Source: Thraustochytrium aureum (taxonomy: Eukaryota). From it: 64,000 nt of DNA. The stretch lies in NCBI GenBank assembly GCA_012862495.1, contig BLSG01000299.1, positions 1 to 64,000 on the forward strand, read 5' to 3'. Positions within the stretch are counted from its first letter, which is position 1; each line of letters opens with the position of its first letter. The notes below the pieces were generated by a model. It was not told the origin of the DNA. It made no database searches and saw only the letters and a program-made list of their open reading frames with translations. Below, one piece after another: positions 23,730-38,200 of the stretch. The translations under genes and the position numbers were made by a program.

Positions 23730-25561
23730 TCAAACGACCTCAGACAGCAGGGTCGGGGTCATAGCAAGGCGCCAAGCTTCGCGCTCCGCCGCAGAGGGGG
23801 CGCCTTGGGCGAGTTCCTTGCTGTGGACGAAAGGGCCGTAAAAGCCGCCATTGCGAATTGCAGCGAGGCACGCGCGGATATCTGGGCGCCCGCGGTTCGG
23901 GTTGAAGTTGCCCGCATTTAGCTCGGCGAGGCGGGCCTTGAGATCGGCGAGAGCCGTCGCGTTGGCGAGAGCCAAGTTGTGGTGCTCGGTTGGGTCTGCC
24001 TTGATGTCGAACAAGCAGCCGTTGGCGCACTCGTCTGAGACCCAGCCCTGGGGCAAGAACTTGGGCTGCTCGCCTGTCGCGTTCGGGTAGGACGGCCCAG
24101 TCCACGCTGTGAAAGGCTGGCTCCCCATCACGAGCTTGAGGTTGCCCCGGATTAGGGCGAGCTCGCTGAGGTGGATTTCCTCTCGGGCGTTGGATGCTTT
24201 GCCCAGCAGGACGGCGGACTGGTCGATCCCGTCTACCGGCGGGAGCCCTGCGGCCTTGGCTTGCTTGTCCTCGATATCGAGGCCCGCAAGGCTCAGCAGG
24301 GTCGCGTAAATATCCGCAACGTGAATATAGTCCTCAACCACCTTGCCGCGGCGGGCGGGCGGGATCCAGCCGCCCGAAGCGAGCGCGTTGACGCGGACCC
24401 CGCCCTCCCAGTCAGAGTACTTGCCGCCTCGCAGCGGCCAGTTGTTTGCGGAGCCCGGCGTGTAGATGGGGCCGCCGTTATCAGACATGAAGATGAGGAG
24501 GGTGTTGTCCCACATCTCGCGCTGCTTTAGCGCCTCGACCAGCGACCCGATCACTTGGTCCATGTAGAACACCATCGCCGCGTACATGCGGCGCGGCAGG
24601 TAGTCGATGAACGCAAACTTTTCAAGGTACTCGTCCGGAATCTGCAGAGGCGTGTGCACGATGTGAAAGCTGTGAAACAAAAACAACGGCTCGGACGTGT
24701 TGTGGGCGCGGATCACATCCAAGCTCCGCTCCATGAACCACTCCTCCTCATACGTTGCAGGCTTGGTTACGTAGACCTTGCCAGGCCGGTTGTTGTCAGT
24801 CAGGTCCGTGAATTGGTTGAGGCACACGTTGATTTCCCCAGTCGACGCCAGGGGAAGGCCGTAGGTCCAATAGTCGTTGGCGTGGTGAAAGTAGAACAGC
24901 GACGTCTCGTACCCGCGCCCGCTGCGAGGGGCAGGCGGCCTTGGTCAGCTTCCCCGATTTCGGCATCGCGGACGGCGCCGGCTCGGCCGCGGCACTTACC
25001 TGGGCGTGTGCTCATGCGTCGCCATTCCGACGTCCCACTTGCCGGCCATGTGGGTGCGGTAGCCCGCCTCGCGCTGCGCCGCCGCTTTCGTTAGCAAACT
25101 CGAGCGCATGCGAGAGGAACAAGCCCGCCCGGCGCCTCTGCAGCCCGCCCAGGCAGAGGCCACTTACCAAGCGCGTCGCGAGCCCGGTCATGTTGCGCGG
25201 GATGCCCGCAAACCCGGAGACCGGGTCCGCCGGGTTGAAGACCTCAGGCGCCGTGTTCACCGTGTTTACGTGCACGGCCAGCCGACCTGACTGCAGCACG
25301 CTCCGAGATGGCGAGCAGATTTTGAGGCGTAAAACCGTCCAGCACGAGGCCTTCCGCAGCGAGCGCGTTCAGATTATCCGTCCTCACCTCCTTCGACGCC
25401 CCGCCGCGAAACCCTGCATTATGCCATCCAAAGTCATCCGCCAGTACCAGTAAAACATGCGGCGGAGCTCCGCCCTCTCCGCCTTTGCCTTCCACGGCGA
25501 TCGCAGCGCCGAGCGCCAGGACCGCCGCCGAGGCCCACGCTCTCAGCGTCGAAAGATACAT
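23730..25561 (-). CDS. Secreted arylsulfatase (ARSB-like), 3 exons; indels near 25325
   Basis: Signal peptide, then PHVLLVLADDFGW, ICSPSR (formylglycine motif, in a shifted frame), GYRTHMAGKWDVG, VHTPLQ, SDNGG and NNWPLRGGKYSDWEGGVR. Splicing out 25074-25167 and 24922-24999 restores a continuous frame. Confidence 0.92.
24922..24999 (-). other. Spliceosomal intron 2 of arylsulfatase (78 nt)
   Basis: GTAAGT donor, GCTGAC branch point, CAG acceptor; joins HTPS|GRGYETSLFYFHH. Confidence 0.88.
25074..25167 (-). other. Spliceosomal intron 1 of arylsulfatase (94 nt)
   Basis: GTAAGT donor, GCTAAC branch point, CAG acceptor; joins ATRL|REAGY. Confidence 0.88.
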
Positions 25562-26294
25562 TTCCACCCTCCGCTGCAAGCCCAGCCGGAGACCAAGCCA
25601 GACAGCCGGCGAGAGTGCACAGAAAGGCACAAGCAAGGACGCGCTAGCCACGCGTGCGCTTCCGCAACCGCCTCGTCGCAGCTCTGGCCGCGCTCCCGGT
25701 GATGCTGTGCGCCTTGGCGAGTCTGCAGACTCGAGACTCGGTGAGTAACTGCGGTATGTACCCACTCTCTGTTCGTGCAACACAGTAGGGTAGGGTACAG
25801 ACAAGGCGCACTGCATTGAAGTGAGTTCGACGAGCTTCAAAATCTGCTGTTGTTGTGCGCGCTCGTGTGCGCGCGCTCGGCGAGGCTGAAGCTGGGCAGT
25901 CCGGATCATTAGAAGTACCCAAGTTGTTACAAGTACTTGGTTTTGGAACTCTCGACTGTATAGGTACTCTACTCTACGTTGGGATCCATGGTGTTGACTA
26001 CAGAGTAGTACGCAGAAGACGCTAATGACCCCAGAGGCTGCCTGCCACCTTTGGCTGCCCGTTACAGGACATTTCGGCTCGGGGGTTGACATCCAAAAGG
26101 CTGACGGCGGCGAACGGCCTGACGAATGATGGCCTTCCCATACTTTGACACGAAACGTATGTAACAAGCCAAACCCCCGCGGCTCGAAATACAGAGCTGC
26201 ACCGAGGAACCTCTCTACAACTCTACCGGGTACTCTACTCTTCGTAGAGTACCTACCTCTAGAGCGGCAGGCGCGAGTGGCTCACCCTCTAGAG

Positions 26295-29200
26295 CTAGGT
26301 GTTCAACTCCAGGTCGGAGCTAGCCAGCTCGACGAGCTTGAACGAGGCGTCAGCAGCAGGCCTCCCCGCATCCGCCGTTTGGCGCGCGCCCGGCGAGGCT
26401 TTGCGCGAGTTGATACGAATCGAGAGCTGCTGGCGTGCGTCCAAGTGGTCCACACTAAACGTTTGGAAGAGCGCGAAGAAGGAGACCAGAGACCGCTTCT
26501 GCTCATCGGAGAGCGCATCCAGGTTGACGCCGCGGTCAGAGACCTCCCAGAAATCTTTGGACCCGAGAAGCCGAAAGTCGGCCCATATCGACTTTAGCGT
26601 TGTCGAGTGGACGCCGCGCACCAAGCGCCAGACCTTTTTCGCTTCGGATTCCTCCGCAAGATCGTCATTGAACTCTGAGAGAAACACGGTGGCGAGCTTG
26701 AATATCGCACGGAGTACGCCGCGCGGGACATAGTCGATGCGCGAGAGGTCTTGGCCCATGTTGACCTCAGGAATCGTACACTCCTTCGCAAATGACGAAA
26801 TTGCCTCAAGAATGTACTCCTGGGTGTTCTCGAGGTTGAGATGCCTCGCGAACGCGCAAAGCGTGCACATGTCATGAACCACGTTTTCGCAGCAGTTGAC
26901 AAGGCCGCGAATCAGGGCCAGGTGCGCGTAGTGCTGGAGGTGTATGATCGTGTCCGACATGGTGTCCTCCACCCAGCTCCAACGCGGTCCCTTGACGCTC
27001 CCGGAAGTGGAACTCAAAAAGGTGAGGCAGTACTCCACAAAAAATCGATACTGCAGCAAGATTGTGTCTGCCGCCCTGTCGTCTCCTCTCGATATTGAGA
27101 TCTGGAGAATGGTGTTGAAAAACTTGAGCGTGAGCGAAGCCCCAGCCCTGTCGTTGTAGCGCACCGCGGTTTGTCCAATATGGCGGAACCCTCGCGCGAT
27201 ACGCAAGATGGCGTCATTAAAGTCGCCGAGCGCGACCTCAAACATCTTGAGCATTTGTTTGTGCGCCTTCCACTGCACCCAGACCGCAGAGGTTTCCATG
27301 TCGGAGATCACAGCGTCGCTGAGCGAAACAAAGTCGGTGTCCTTGGAAACCGGCTCAAAGACGCGCCCGTAAGATGTCCCGCCATTCTTTCGCTTGCGCT
27401 TGCCACGGATGAAAGAAACCGTGAACGCCGTCAGGAGGTCGATTCCGTGGAACGCGTTGTGCTTGTCCTTGAGCCTCAAGGCGCTCAATGCGTAGTCGGA
27501 AATTTCGTCCAGGCTTGAAATGCACTTGGCTTGCAGCTGCTTCTGCCGCTTGTCAAACGCTTGCTCTTCCCGCGTCGGAGGAGGCAGTCTTGGAGCCGCG
27601 CCAATCTGCCCCTCGGCCAAGACGCTCTCCGTCTCTGGTGCTACGCCGCTGAGACCGAACGCTGAAGGCGCTGTCGAACTCACAACCGCCTTGCCGTGCG
27701 CTTGCTCAGGGCCCTTGCCCAGTTCGGCCTGCGCGAACGACAGCCCATCAAGCGCGCTGCTGAGGCCCTCGTTGGCGATCTCGCGGAAGATCTTGGCAGC
27801 ATCCAGGAAGCGAAGCAGGTGCGCAATGTAGGGCATAAGGAGCAGGAATGAGATGCCCACCAGGAGGATCGACATCGCGTAGCCGACGGGGCTCACATAG
27901 CGGTGTGACGCAAGCGTGGCCTGCACTTGCACGAACAGCGCGTTCGTGAAGAAAGCAATAAGGCTTGCGACGATCCGCACGTTGCGGAGAAACAGCGCCG
28001 CCACTCGCGGCGTGTACCGAGAAGAGTTGATCTGGACTATGATTGTCGTCACCGTCACAACGCACGACAAAAGCGTGTGCAAGATGAGCGACATCGCCCC
28101 AAGCGTCTTTGCTTTGTGCGGGGCGTACTCGCTGCTTGACGAAAATCCCCTCCACAGTGCGTCCCCGTCGCAAGCCGAGCCAACGCGTCCCTCGACCTGC
28201 ATCGCGCAGTCCATCCCGAATCCAATTGTTGTCATGAAGCCGAGGGCCAGAGGAACGAGGTAGAGAGCCCTCGACCAGGACGACATCGACCGCCCTTCGC
28301 TGCTCGCGCGCTTCGAGGCCTTCCGCTCAGCGGAAGCGCCGCCCTTCGAGGCCTGTTTCGCCGGGCGCATGCCCGATACAATGCTTTTTCGACGGGGCCG
28401 AGAATCGGACGAGCGTGGCAGCGTTCGACCAGTCATGTCGCCTCTCGAGTCTTCGAGTAGCTCCTCGAGGTTGTAAGCGCTTCCGCGCTTAGAGAGACGC
28501 AGCATTTGCTCATGCGTCAGCACTCCGACGCTCGAGAGCCGGCTGCTTCGTGACACGGATGCCCTATTGGCAGCCGATACTATTTTGGCGACCCCGTGCA
28601 TTGTGCGCCGTCGCGGGCGCTCGCCTTCGCACTCTGCGGAATCAGCTGCCCCGCGATCTTCGGACACCCCGTCAATCTCGCTCGATCTCTCCTCAACGTC
28701 CAACCCCGCGACGGTCTGAAGCGACGTCAAGAGCTCCTCTTGCTTGCGCTGGTGTTCCGCTCGCGCCAGGCGGATCTTGCGGATCTGGCGCTTCATCACC
28801 GAAGCTCCGAGGACGATCGCAGACACGCGCTGGCCGATGGCGAGTTCATTAACAGGCTTGGCAATGAGGCTCGACGCGACGCCGTGCGGCGCCGAGGCCT
28901 CCTCCCGATGTCGCACGGACACCAACTCGTCGGTTATTCCCGAGGCACGAGCGTCGCCCAACGAGCTTGACAGTTCCAGGTCCGCCGCTCGAGCAGAGGC
29001 GCCCGGCCTCGGGCCTGCCGTAACTCTAGAAGCTGCAACGAGGCTCGAGGACAGCGAGCCCGTCATCGCACTTCCTTCATCCAGCAGCGCCTCGTCCTCG
29101 ACTAGGATTTGGGTTACGCGGCGCGGCCTTGGCGAGTTTTGCTCGTTGCGAGACACCGCTCCAGACTCCGCGTCGAAGACTGCCGTGGCTCTTGCACGAA

Positions 29201-32200
29201 GGTAGGTGGCCGACATCCAGCTGAAAAACTTCATCAGCTGGTCGCGCCGCGACTCGGGCAGGTAGTCAAAGTTTGTCCCGCGGTCGTTAATCTCCCAGTA
29301 GTCGCGCTCGGTCACCCCCTCCAGCTTGTTCCGGATGCGCTGCAGCGCATCCGAGGTGCAAATCGCTCGAAGCTTGACGGCCACGCTGAAAGCCCTCGCG
29401 TCGTCACCATGCTCCAAGTACAAGGTGGCAAGGCGGACGCACGAACGCCCAATGGCGTCCACCGCGTCCCTGTGCGTTGCGCACACCAGCTGCCGAAATT
29501 CTGGCGTGTCTGGGGCCGCGGAAGTCTCGCTGCTCTTCTCAGGAACGCGCAGTACGTCAAACATCGACAAAAGTTCTGTAAGAACGTGGTCGCTGCAGGC
29601 GTGGTTGTCAAAGCCGAGCAGGTAGGCGGTCTCCGCGAGGCTGGACAGGTCAAACGCAATCGTCTCGACGACAAAGTCCAGCCTAAGCGAAAACGCCGTT
29701 TCGCCGTAGTAGCTGAGGTACTTTGCAATCTGCATGACGTGCTTGAGAAGGCCTCCGCCGCAAAGCACCGTCGAGTTGCTGACCACCAAAACCTCCGCTA
29801 GCTGCCTATATTGGTGCAGCGTGTTGTACGCGATGCGGATCGCGCGCGCGTTCAAGCAGGCGCGCACGTAGGTGTTGAACATTTGCGTAACCAGCTCAAG
29901 CGCCTCGAGGTCTTGAAACTCGACCGCGCTCTGCCCCATCTTCACTGTCTCAATCGCGATCAGCAAGCATCCGTCTTGCATATGATGCAGCGACTCGTTA
30001 AACAGGGACATGTACTGACGCAACAGCTTGTTCTCCACCCAATTCCGCGACTCTGTCATGCCCTGCAGCTGCTCAAAGTCAAGCGAGGCAAAGTCGATGG
30101 AGCTGCGCACCGTCTTGGCCGTTGCATCAAACCAAGTCTCCGGAAGCTCGCACTTGAGCGAGAGGTACGCCTCGCCCAACAAGGCCATCGCGCGCACCAC
30201 GCCAGTGAAACTGTGCTTATCTTTCTCGAGGACCGACGCCCCTGCAAAGCCTGTCAGCTGCTGCATCACCTTGCTGATCTGCTGCTGTGCGGCTTCAAGC
30301 TGTGGCTGAGAGACGGGCTGCCTTCCCCGTGTGGTGCACGAGGACACCTGGTTCACAACGTCCTGCAGCATGCGCGCCACGACTCGGCCAGGGTCCAAGA
30401 ACTCGAAGAGGGTACCAAAATAAGGGAAAAGCATCCCCGTCATCGCCGCGACTAGCGCAGAGCTGATCGCCACGCTCTCCACGGGCGCGTAGCCGTCAGA
30501 CATGGCAAAGTGGACCCAGAGGATAAACACGCTCGAGAGCGAGTAGAACATGAGCATCGTGTAGACCCGGACGTCCCCAAAGTACTGGTCCGCGATAGCG
30601 CCCAGTAGGTGGCGCGAGTTGATTTGTAGCATAATCAGCGTCGGTGTCAGCACGATGCAAAATATGATGATCGCCGATTTGGCCAATGATTTCGTCGTGC
30701 GTTTTTTGTCCTCGAGGTCGGTGTCGCGGAAAGCAGAAACGGACTCGAATAGGCTGTCGCCGCTACCGTTCGCGGCGTAGCGGTAGACGGCGGCGTCACC
30801 AAGCGCTGCCACAATGCTTAGTACCGCGGCGACGCTTGTCATCACGGCGATTGGGATCCACGAGACCCTGACCAGGCTAGTCAGCTCTTGAAAGATATCC
30901 TGCGCGGCGCTAAAGCGCTTCCGCTGGCTTGCGGTTTCCGAGCTAGCTTCAGATCGGCGTGATTCTTTGTCCGCCGCAGACTGNNNNNNNNNNNNNNNNN
31001 NNNNNNNNNNNNNNNNNNNNNNNNNNNNNNNNNNNNNNNNNNNNNNNNNNNNNNNNNNNNNNNNNNNNNNNNNNNNNNNNNNNNNNNNNNNNNNNNNNNN
31101 NNNNNNNNNNNNNNNNNNNNNNNNNNNNNNNNNNNNNNNNNNNNNNNNNNNNGCTGCGGAGCTCGAGCCGCTTCTCAGCAACAACCGCTGACTCAGCGTG
31201 AATGCCGGGTTGTACGATCGTGCCTTGAGGATGGCAGCGGCAGCGCGCGTGGCAAGGTCGCGCGAAAATCCGCAGAGCATGGCGTCCATGCCAGTGGCCA
31301 TGTTTGTCGCGGTAGACAAAATCGAGGAGCTGCCACGCGAGTTGCCCAAGCTGCTGCCCCGAGTGCTCGACAACCCGACTGCGAACTGTCCATCGTGGAG
31401 CTTTGCAATCGAAGTCGTGTGCGTTGAGCGGGCGCGCTGCGCCATGGAAAGGGCGTGCCTGCATCGCTCGCGGATCCGCTCGGGGAATTCGGCCATGACG
31501 TCAATTACCGCTTGACGCTGCTCGTTAGAGAGATGGTCGATGTTGTACATGCGCTCGTTGACCTCCCAGAACACTTCCGATACCGGCGCGTTCGCGCAGA
31601 GCGCGACAAAGGCGCCTGCGATCGTTTCCAAGTCACCGTCCTTGGCCATGCTCTCGATCAGGTTGCGCATGTGCGAGAGCTTGTTCGAGGAGTAGTAGAA
31701 GGCAGCGAGTTTGAGCTGAGATCGGCGAAAGCCGTCAATCCCCAAAGCCGAGTACGGCTCATTTAGGCGGCAGAGAATGCTCAGCAGCCTGTCGTGGCTC
31801 TCTGCCCCTTGCTTGGAAGCCAGCATGCAGATCCGAGAGATGTCGTGCGCGACCAGCTCGAGGAGGAAGCCGATTTGCAGCTTGCGCGCTGTTTTCGCGT
31901 AGTGGCAGAGGTACCAAGCGATGTCGAGAACGTAGGCCTCGCAATCTGCCGCGCTGATGCTGCCCTCCGAATGAGCCAAGTGCCGCCGTTTTAAGATGCC
32001 TTCGGCGAGTTTGCGGTACTGAAAGAGGATGCTGAACACAAGGCGAATTTGGCGCCGCTCCAGCGAAAGCTTGACAAACGTGTTCAAGAACTTTATCGTG
32101 AGATCCAGAGCGCCAACGTCCCCGCGGCGCATAGCCACCTCGGCCAGCTTCTTTGTACAGATCGCGATCTGGTAGCACACGTCTGGGATGCCAGAGATGC

Positions 32201-35200
32201 TTTCCTGGAAGAGCAGCAGGTACTGGCGCAGGAGCTTCCACTCGATCCACGTTCGGTTCTCCAAGATGGACCGCTTGAAGCCCTCCGTCAACCGAACGAA
32301 CTCGTTCGAGTTGGCAACCTCCCGCCTCGAGAGAAACTCGGAGAAAAATTCGTCCGGGAGCCTGTCCTTGAGGTTGAGGTAGCTTCGGGCAATGCAGTAC
32401 AGCGCTGTGACACACTTGTACGAGTTTACCTTGTTGCGGACCCGAATCGTGGAAGACGCAAAGTCCGTAATTCTCCGCATCGAGGCCACCAGGGTGCTCA
32501 CGTCGCTCTGCAGAGCGACAGCGGCCTTTGCTTCCGACATGTCGCTCAATAGCGTTAGGTCGCTCATCACGATGTGTGTGAGCAGCTTGTCCTCGTCAAG
32601 GAAGACGAAAAAGTAGGAAAAGTACGGATAGAGAACCAAGAGCGACAGGGTCGTCAGCAAGAGAACGACAACAGAGAGCGTTGGTCGGTTGAACGCGGTC
32701 CCTGTCAGCACGTTCCAGAGCGCGAGGGCCACAGTGAGCGCGTTGAGGACCCAAACAAACCGAACCCGTTTGCTCTTGCGGTACAGCGTCCACACGTGGA
32801 TGACCATTCGCGCTGCCGACTTTTGCAGCGCAATTAGTGAGCACATGGCGACGACTGAAAATGCGCGCAGAACCATCTCCATCGACAGCGTTGTGTCCTT
32901 CTTTTCCTCTCTCGAGTGCAGGGCGGCTCCAAGGGCCTCCCATCCTGTGACCGGGGGGCGCAAGGGCCAAGAGTATGGCAATGACCGCGGCGACACCAAC
33001 GATGGTCGGGCCGATCAGCTTTTTGCAGATGTCGAGAGACTTTTGTCGCCTCGAGGAATGCGAGAACATCACGCCAAAAAAATCCTCCAGAGTCCCGTCA
33101 ATCTGCTTATCGGCGTCCAAAAACACGTCTGGCAGTGAAGCAACGTCCCCTTTGCTCAGCGCTTCCGCGGACAGTCGCGACCCAGAGGCCCCGATCGAGT
33201 TGCGCCTGAACGAGAATACAGTGGCACTTCCACGCCGTTCTCCAGACACTTGGCCAGTCGACATGCGGCGAGCCCGTACCGCCCCTTCAGATCTCTGTCG
33301 GCGGAAACCCTGAAAACCAAGGTGCCCGCCCCACCGTCCTCCAACAGGCGCCGCGCGTACGCGGAGAGGGGTTCTCGCGATGCATGCGACACGCGGCCCA
33401 CCTTGACCCTTTCTGCCTCGACGAGATCGAAGAAGGAGCCTAGGTGGCGCTTCTCGCGGTCGTCAAGAAACTCGAAAGGGACGCCAAAGTCAGACACCTC
33501 CCAAAACTCTGGTCGGTTGGTGCTGAGGAGCTCATCGATCACGATGCTGAGACGGTGGTGCGTCTCGTCCACAAAGTCTTCGGCTATGCGGGAAGCCAAG
33601 CTCGCTTCGCCCGTCGCCAAGTACAAGGTACCGAGTTTGACCTGTGCTCGACGGATCCCAACGAGACTCGAATGGTCTTGGTCGGCAACGTCGTCGACTG
33701 TGAGGAGCAGCTCGAGAATGTCACGGTGGAGCCCAACCCGGTCGTTCTGGGCGCAGGCGCAGATCTCGCCCAATGATGTGGCTACAGCCTCTGCCACAAC
33801 GCCAAAGTCTCGCTCCAGAGCTATCTGCGCATAGTATCGCAGGAACCATGCTTGCTCTGAAACCACCGCGCTCCAGGACTGCTGGATAAATGGTGGGGAG
33901 CCGTGCCCGCACTTTGCGCGGATAATGTGCATGAGGAGCTTTTGGTACTGACCAATCACGTGAATCGCGACCTGAAGGTTGGCCGCGTTGATGGAGCGGC
34001 GCAAAAACGTGTTGAAAAACTGGATCCCCACCCGATAGGAGGCGAGGTCGTCAGTACGCACAAAGTCTTCCGCGATGTAGCGGCTGTTGAGCGAGATGTA
34101 CTGGCACGACTCTGTGCGCTGTTGCAGGATGCACTCCTCGAAAATGAGGAGGTACTGCGCAAAGACCTTCCACTCGAACCACGTCCGCGAATCAGACACG
34201 CTCAGAACGCGGGAGCTGGCAAAGTTGATAAAGTCTGAAGTCCGGCGAAGCTTGCCCGCGACGACAAACCAGAGGTGCGGCAAGCGCGACTTGACCTTGG
34301 TGTAGCTGTGCACCAGCCAGCGGAGGGTCACCAAAGCAGCGTTCAGGTTGGTTTCGTCGGACTGCTGCACGCACGCAAACCCAAAGTCGCAAATGCGCTT
34401 CATGTGCTCATGCGCGTTGAACTGGTGCACCTGAATCAGTACCTTGAGATCCTTCGATTCGGATCGAGACCCTCCAGCGTGGGTTTGGATGCTTTGATTG
34501 TTCGGCCCGAGCCGACCACCAGGGTGTGCTCGCACACGGGTTGAGGTCGTTGATGCAACGGACGGAAGAGAGCCGGCAGACAAAGGCGAGGCCGGCGACA
34601 AACACGCCCCCGCCGGGATCGGCGCAAGCGACGAGCTTGCACTGGCCGCGGTCTTGGCGCTGCCTCCGAGTTCCCTTTTCCGCTTGGACGGCTGAGTTAC
34701 GAGATGGTGATCGCTGATGCTGTCCACCACGACGACGTCTTCCTCGTCGCCTTCCTCCTCGTCGTCGTCGTCGACCTCGATGTCCGATATGTTGTCTTCT
34801 GGCTCGCGGCTGTTTCGTGCTATCGACGATTTCCGACGATAGACGCGCGAGCCGTCTGGTGAGGCTCCAACCGCGTTGGGGTCCGAGGCACGCCGCGGGC
34901 GCACAACAGAGCTGGACCGGCGGAGCAGTTCTGGCATCGGCTTTGTTAGCTGGGCCGCCATGATGACGTGCGCGAAGGCTCTCTGCCGGACGTGCTCGAG
35001 AATTTGCTCTGGCTGGAGCACGGCGAACAACCTGAGGAAGTAGACGCCTAGAAGCACGACGTCGAACGAAATCATTACGGATAGCGCAATGATCACGTTT
35101 CGCGGCTGGTGAAGCTCGGTGCTCCACACGCTCGCCAGCGACGTGACCATGCACGTGACGACCATAAACGACAGGATCGAGTAGAGGATTGGGTCGCGCA

Positions 35201-38200
35201 GGAAGGAGAGCATGTCTGGGTGGAACTTGTACCTCGCGGCAACGAGCTGGAGAATAATCATCGAGGTCACGCAGAGAAGCACAAAGATGAGAACCGCAGC
35301 TACTGCAAACCCGCTCACCATTTTGTTGTATGCGGCGAGGTCTGTGTCGCCCATCACTTGAAACGGCCATGCGTCTGCTTGTCGTCCAGGCACGTCAAGT
35401 GCTAGACCACAAGCAATGACGAGGGCGCTGACACAGCTGTACTTTAACGCGTAGCGCGCGCTTCTGCCGGGAGCAAGCACGAACCTGTACAGTGTGCAAG
35501 CAAATCGCGCCGTGCGTCGTTCCTTTGGTTGCTCAACTGCAAGAGTTGAGGGCGCTGCGACCGTGTCGTGCCTTGGCTGGTTGAGGTGGCTCGAACGTCG
35601 AGGCCTCTTGCTGCTTGCGTGGCTGCTTTTGTCAGCGGCTATGTCCATGTCCCCGTGATGCTCGTTTCCCTGGTCCTTGTCCGCCTTTGCGGCATCCCAC
35701 GCACTGATGTCACGCACGGAGGCTAGAGCATTAAGGCTCGCGCCGGGGTCCATCAGCGCATTTGAACCGAGCCCAACCCGCAAGGACATGCTGGAGCGGC
35801 TTGCCATCGCTGCGGGGTCAGCGGTATGGGCGTTCTTCGGCGAAAGGCCCTGCTCAAAGCCCTGAAACCATGAGAAGAAGGTGGGTAAGGTCTTCTTCAG
35901 GTCTGGCGAGAGGTAGTCGAGGTTGTGCGTGCGAAAGGCGATCTCCCAAAACAGCTCCGTCTCGATGCTCATCATTTCGCGGTACAGGTGTCGGACTCTG
36001 AAAAGGGGCTCCTCGTTCATGTCGCTCTGGATTTCTTGGGCGAGACCAACCTCGTTGTTAAACAAATAAACAGCGGCGAGCTTGACTTGTGCGCGCCGGA
36101 TGCCTCGGTAGGTTCCGATTTGCCCCGTGCCCTTTTGTGTGTCGTCGAGGGTGAGAAAGACCTGAAGGATTTCATCATGGCGAGGGTTTTCGAACTTGAA
36201 GGCCTCCGCACAAAGGGTGCCGACGTCGTGCGCCAAAATCTCGGCAATAGCGCTCATCCCTTTGTTGGAACTCAATTCCATGTAGAACCGCATGTGGTTA
36301 ACCATTTGAAGGAGGTGCTCGTTACAGCTCTCAATCTTTTGAGCAAGGGTGCGCACAACCTCCTGCGCATCTTTTTGTATGTGGTCTCTCTGCCGCTTGC
36401 GAAGGCTGCCGTAGAGCTTTTGCTTGACGGTCGAAAGCAGCGTGGTGCGGGAGGCCCGCGTAAGGCGCTGGTTTGCGAAGTCGCCCCTTTCTAGGCCGGG
36501 CGAGGACCCCCTTTTTTGCTTCACGGAAGGCATCGACCCAAGGGCATTGGCCATTTTGTTGGACTCGTGCGTAAGCGCAGCACTTGACCCAATGTGCCTG
36601 CTAGCTTGACCCCCGTGAGCGGCTGCGTGCATGATCGAAGGAGCAGGAGCAACTTCGATCCCCTCGCCGCTCTGGGCCATTAATCTGGAGCTCGAGCGTC
36701 GCGCGATTGACTCCATTTGCTTGAACACGCTACTCATGCTGCTCCGTGAGAACATGCTGGGCATCGTCTTGGATTGTCCTGCTGCCTCGAGCTCGGCCCC
36801 TGACACCTGGATTTGCACCATTGCTTGTTGGAACACGCTTCCGAGGCGAATGAGCTCGAAGGCGAGCTCTCTGTACTCGTTGAGGACGCCCGAGAGGATG
36901 CGAACCTCGTTGCAGTTGATGAGGAAGCGGATGTACGTGTTGAGAAACTTGACGCACACGTTCATCGAGTCCATGTCGCCCTTCTCACTGGCGAGCTCGC
37001 CTACCTTTCGTGTATAAAACGCTGCCAAGCCGCACAAATGCGGCGAGTTTAATGTACTCGACGTTTCAAATAGCAGCTGGTACGCCCTTAGAATCTTCCA
37101 CTCGCCCCACGTGCGCTGCGCCACCATAGACTCTATCGAGGCCACGGACAGCGAGCTAAAGTCTGGCCTAGCTCGCACAGGCTGCGAGAGCTCAAACCAG
37201 GCCGAAGGCAGGCCGCGCTCCTTTGCGGCAGCGTACGAGCATGCAATTGTGTACAGCGAAAGCATGGCGTGGTTGGCGTTCTCCTTGTCCTTTTGCTTGA
37301 GTGTCGACAGGCCGATATCCGCAACAAGCTCGACAGCATTGATCCACTCAATTTGCCGGTTTGCAATTTCTTCGGCGCTCATGCCATTCTCAACGGCTGC
37401 GACAGCAGGCCCTGGGCCAGCATCGTGCTCCAGCCCCTCTCGGAGGTCGTTTCCCTCGCTGCCCCGCGCGCTCGGTATTGCTGCGAGCGGTGAGGCTGCC
37501 GCGCCGCCGTCGCCTTCCGGGTGGATTTTGTACTTTGCTGAGCTTGCTCGTGACGCTCGCGGCGCTGCGCTCAGTGTCTTCTCGTGCGCCTCCTCGCGCG
37601 CCTCCTGGAATGACTTGCCCACAGCCAAGATCTGGTCTAGGCCGACCTGGCGCACTTGGCGGATGAGCGCTTCTGGGCTGAGAAAGTTGACCAGAAAGTT
37701 GAAGTACGGAAACGTGATGGAGAGCGTGAGAAATCGGATCGCATATGCCACGCCCAAGGGGACCCAGGGCACGAACGCTTCACCGATGAGCACGTCGATC
37801 AGGCCACAGTAGAGCACAGAGACGCACATGAACGTCAAGATGGCAAATACCCCTTTGTTCCGAAAGAAGAGGGAGATGGTGTGGGGCAGGAAGTTTGAGG
37901 CGAACATTTGCAGCACCACAAAAGAGGCCGTCACCAGCAGGCCGAGCACAATGACAATGTCTCGCACAATAAGGTCAAGTGTTGCCCTGATCTGCGCTGG
38001 CTTGTTCAGGTGTAGGGACGTGCCGCTGTTCAGGTAGGCTTGATCTGTTCTGACGAGGATCTGGTGCATCGACACTGAGATGATCGGAAGGACGAGGATC
38101 GGGATCACGTAGAAGGTGAGGTGATCGTTCTTGGCGAGTATGGCTTGAGCCACCGAAACAAACTTGCCGCGAATGCCAACTTGCTTGTCAGGGATAAGCA

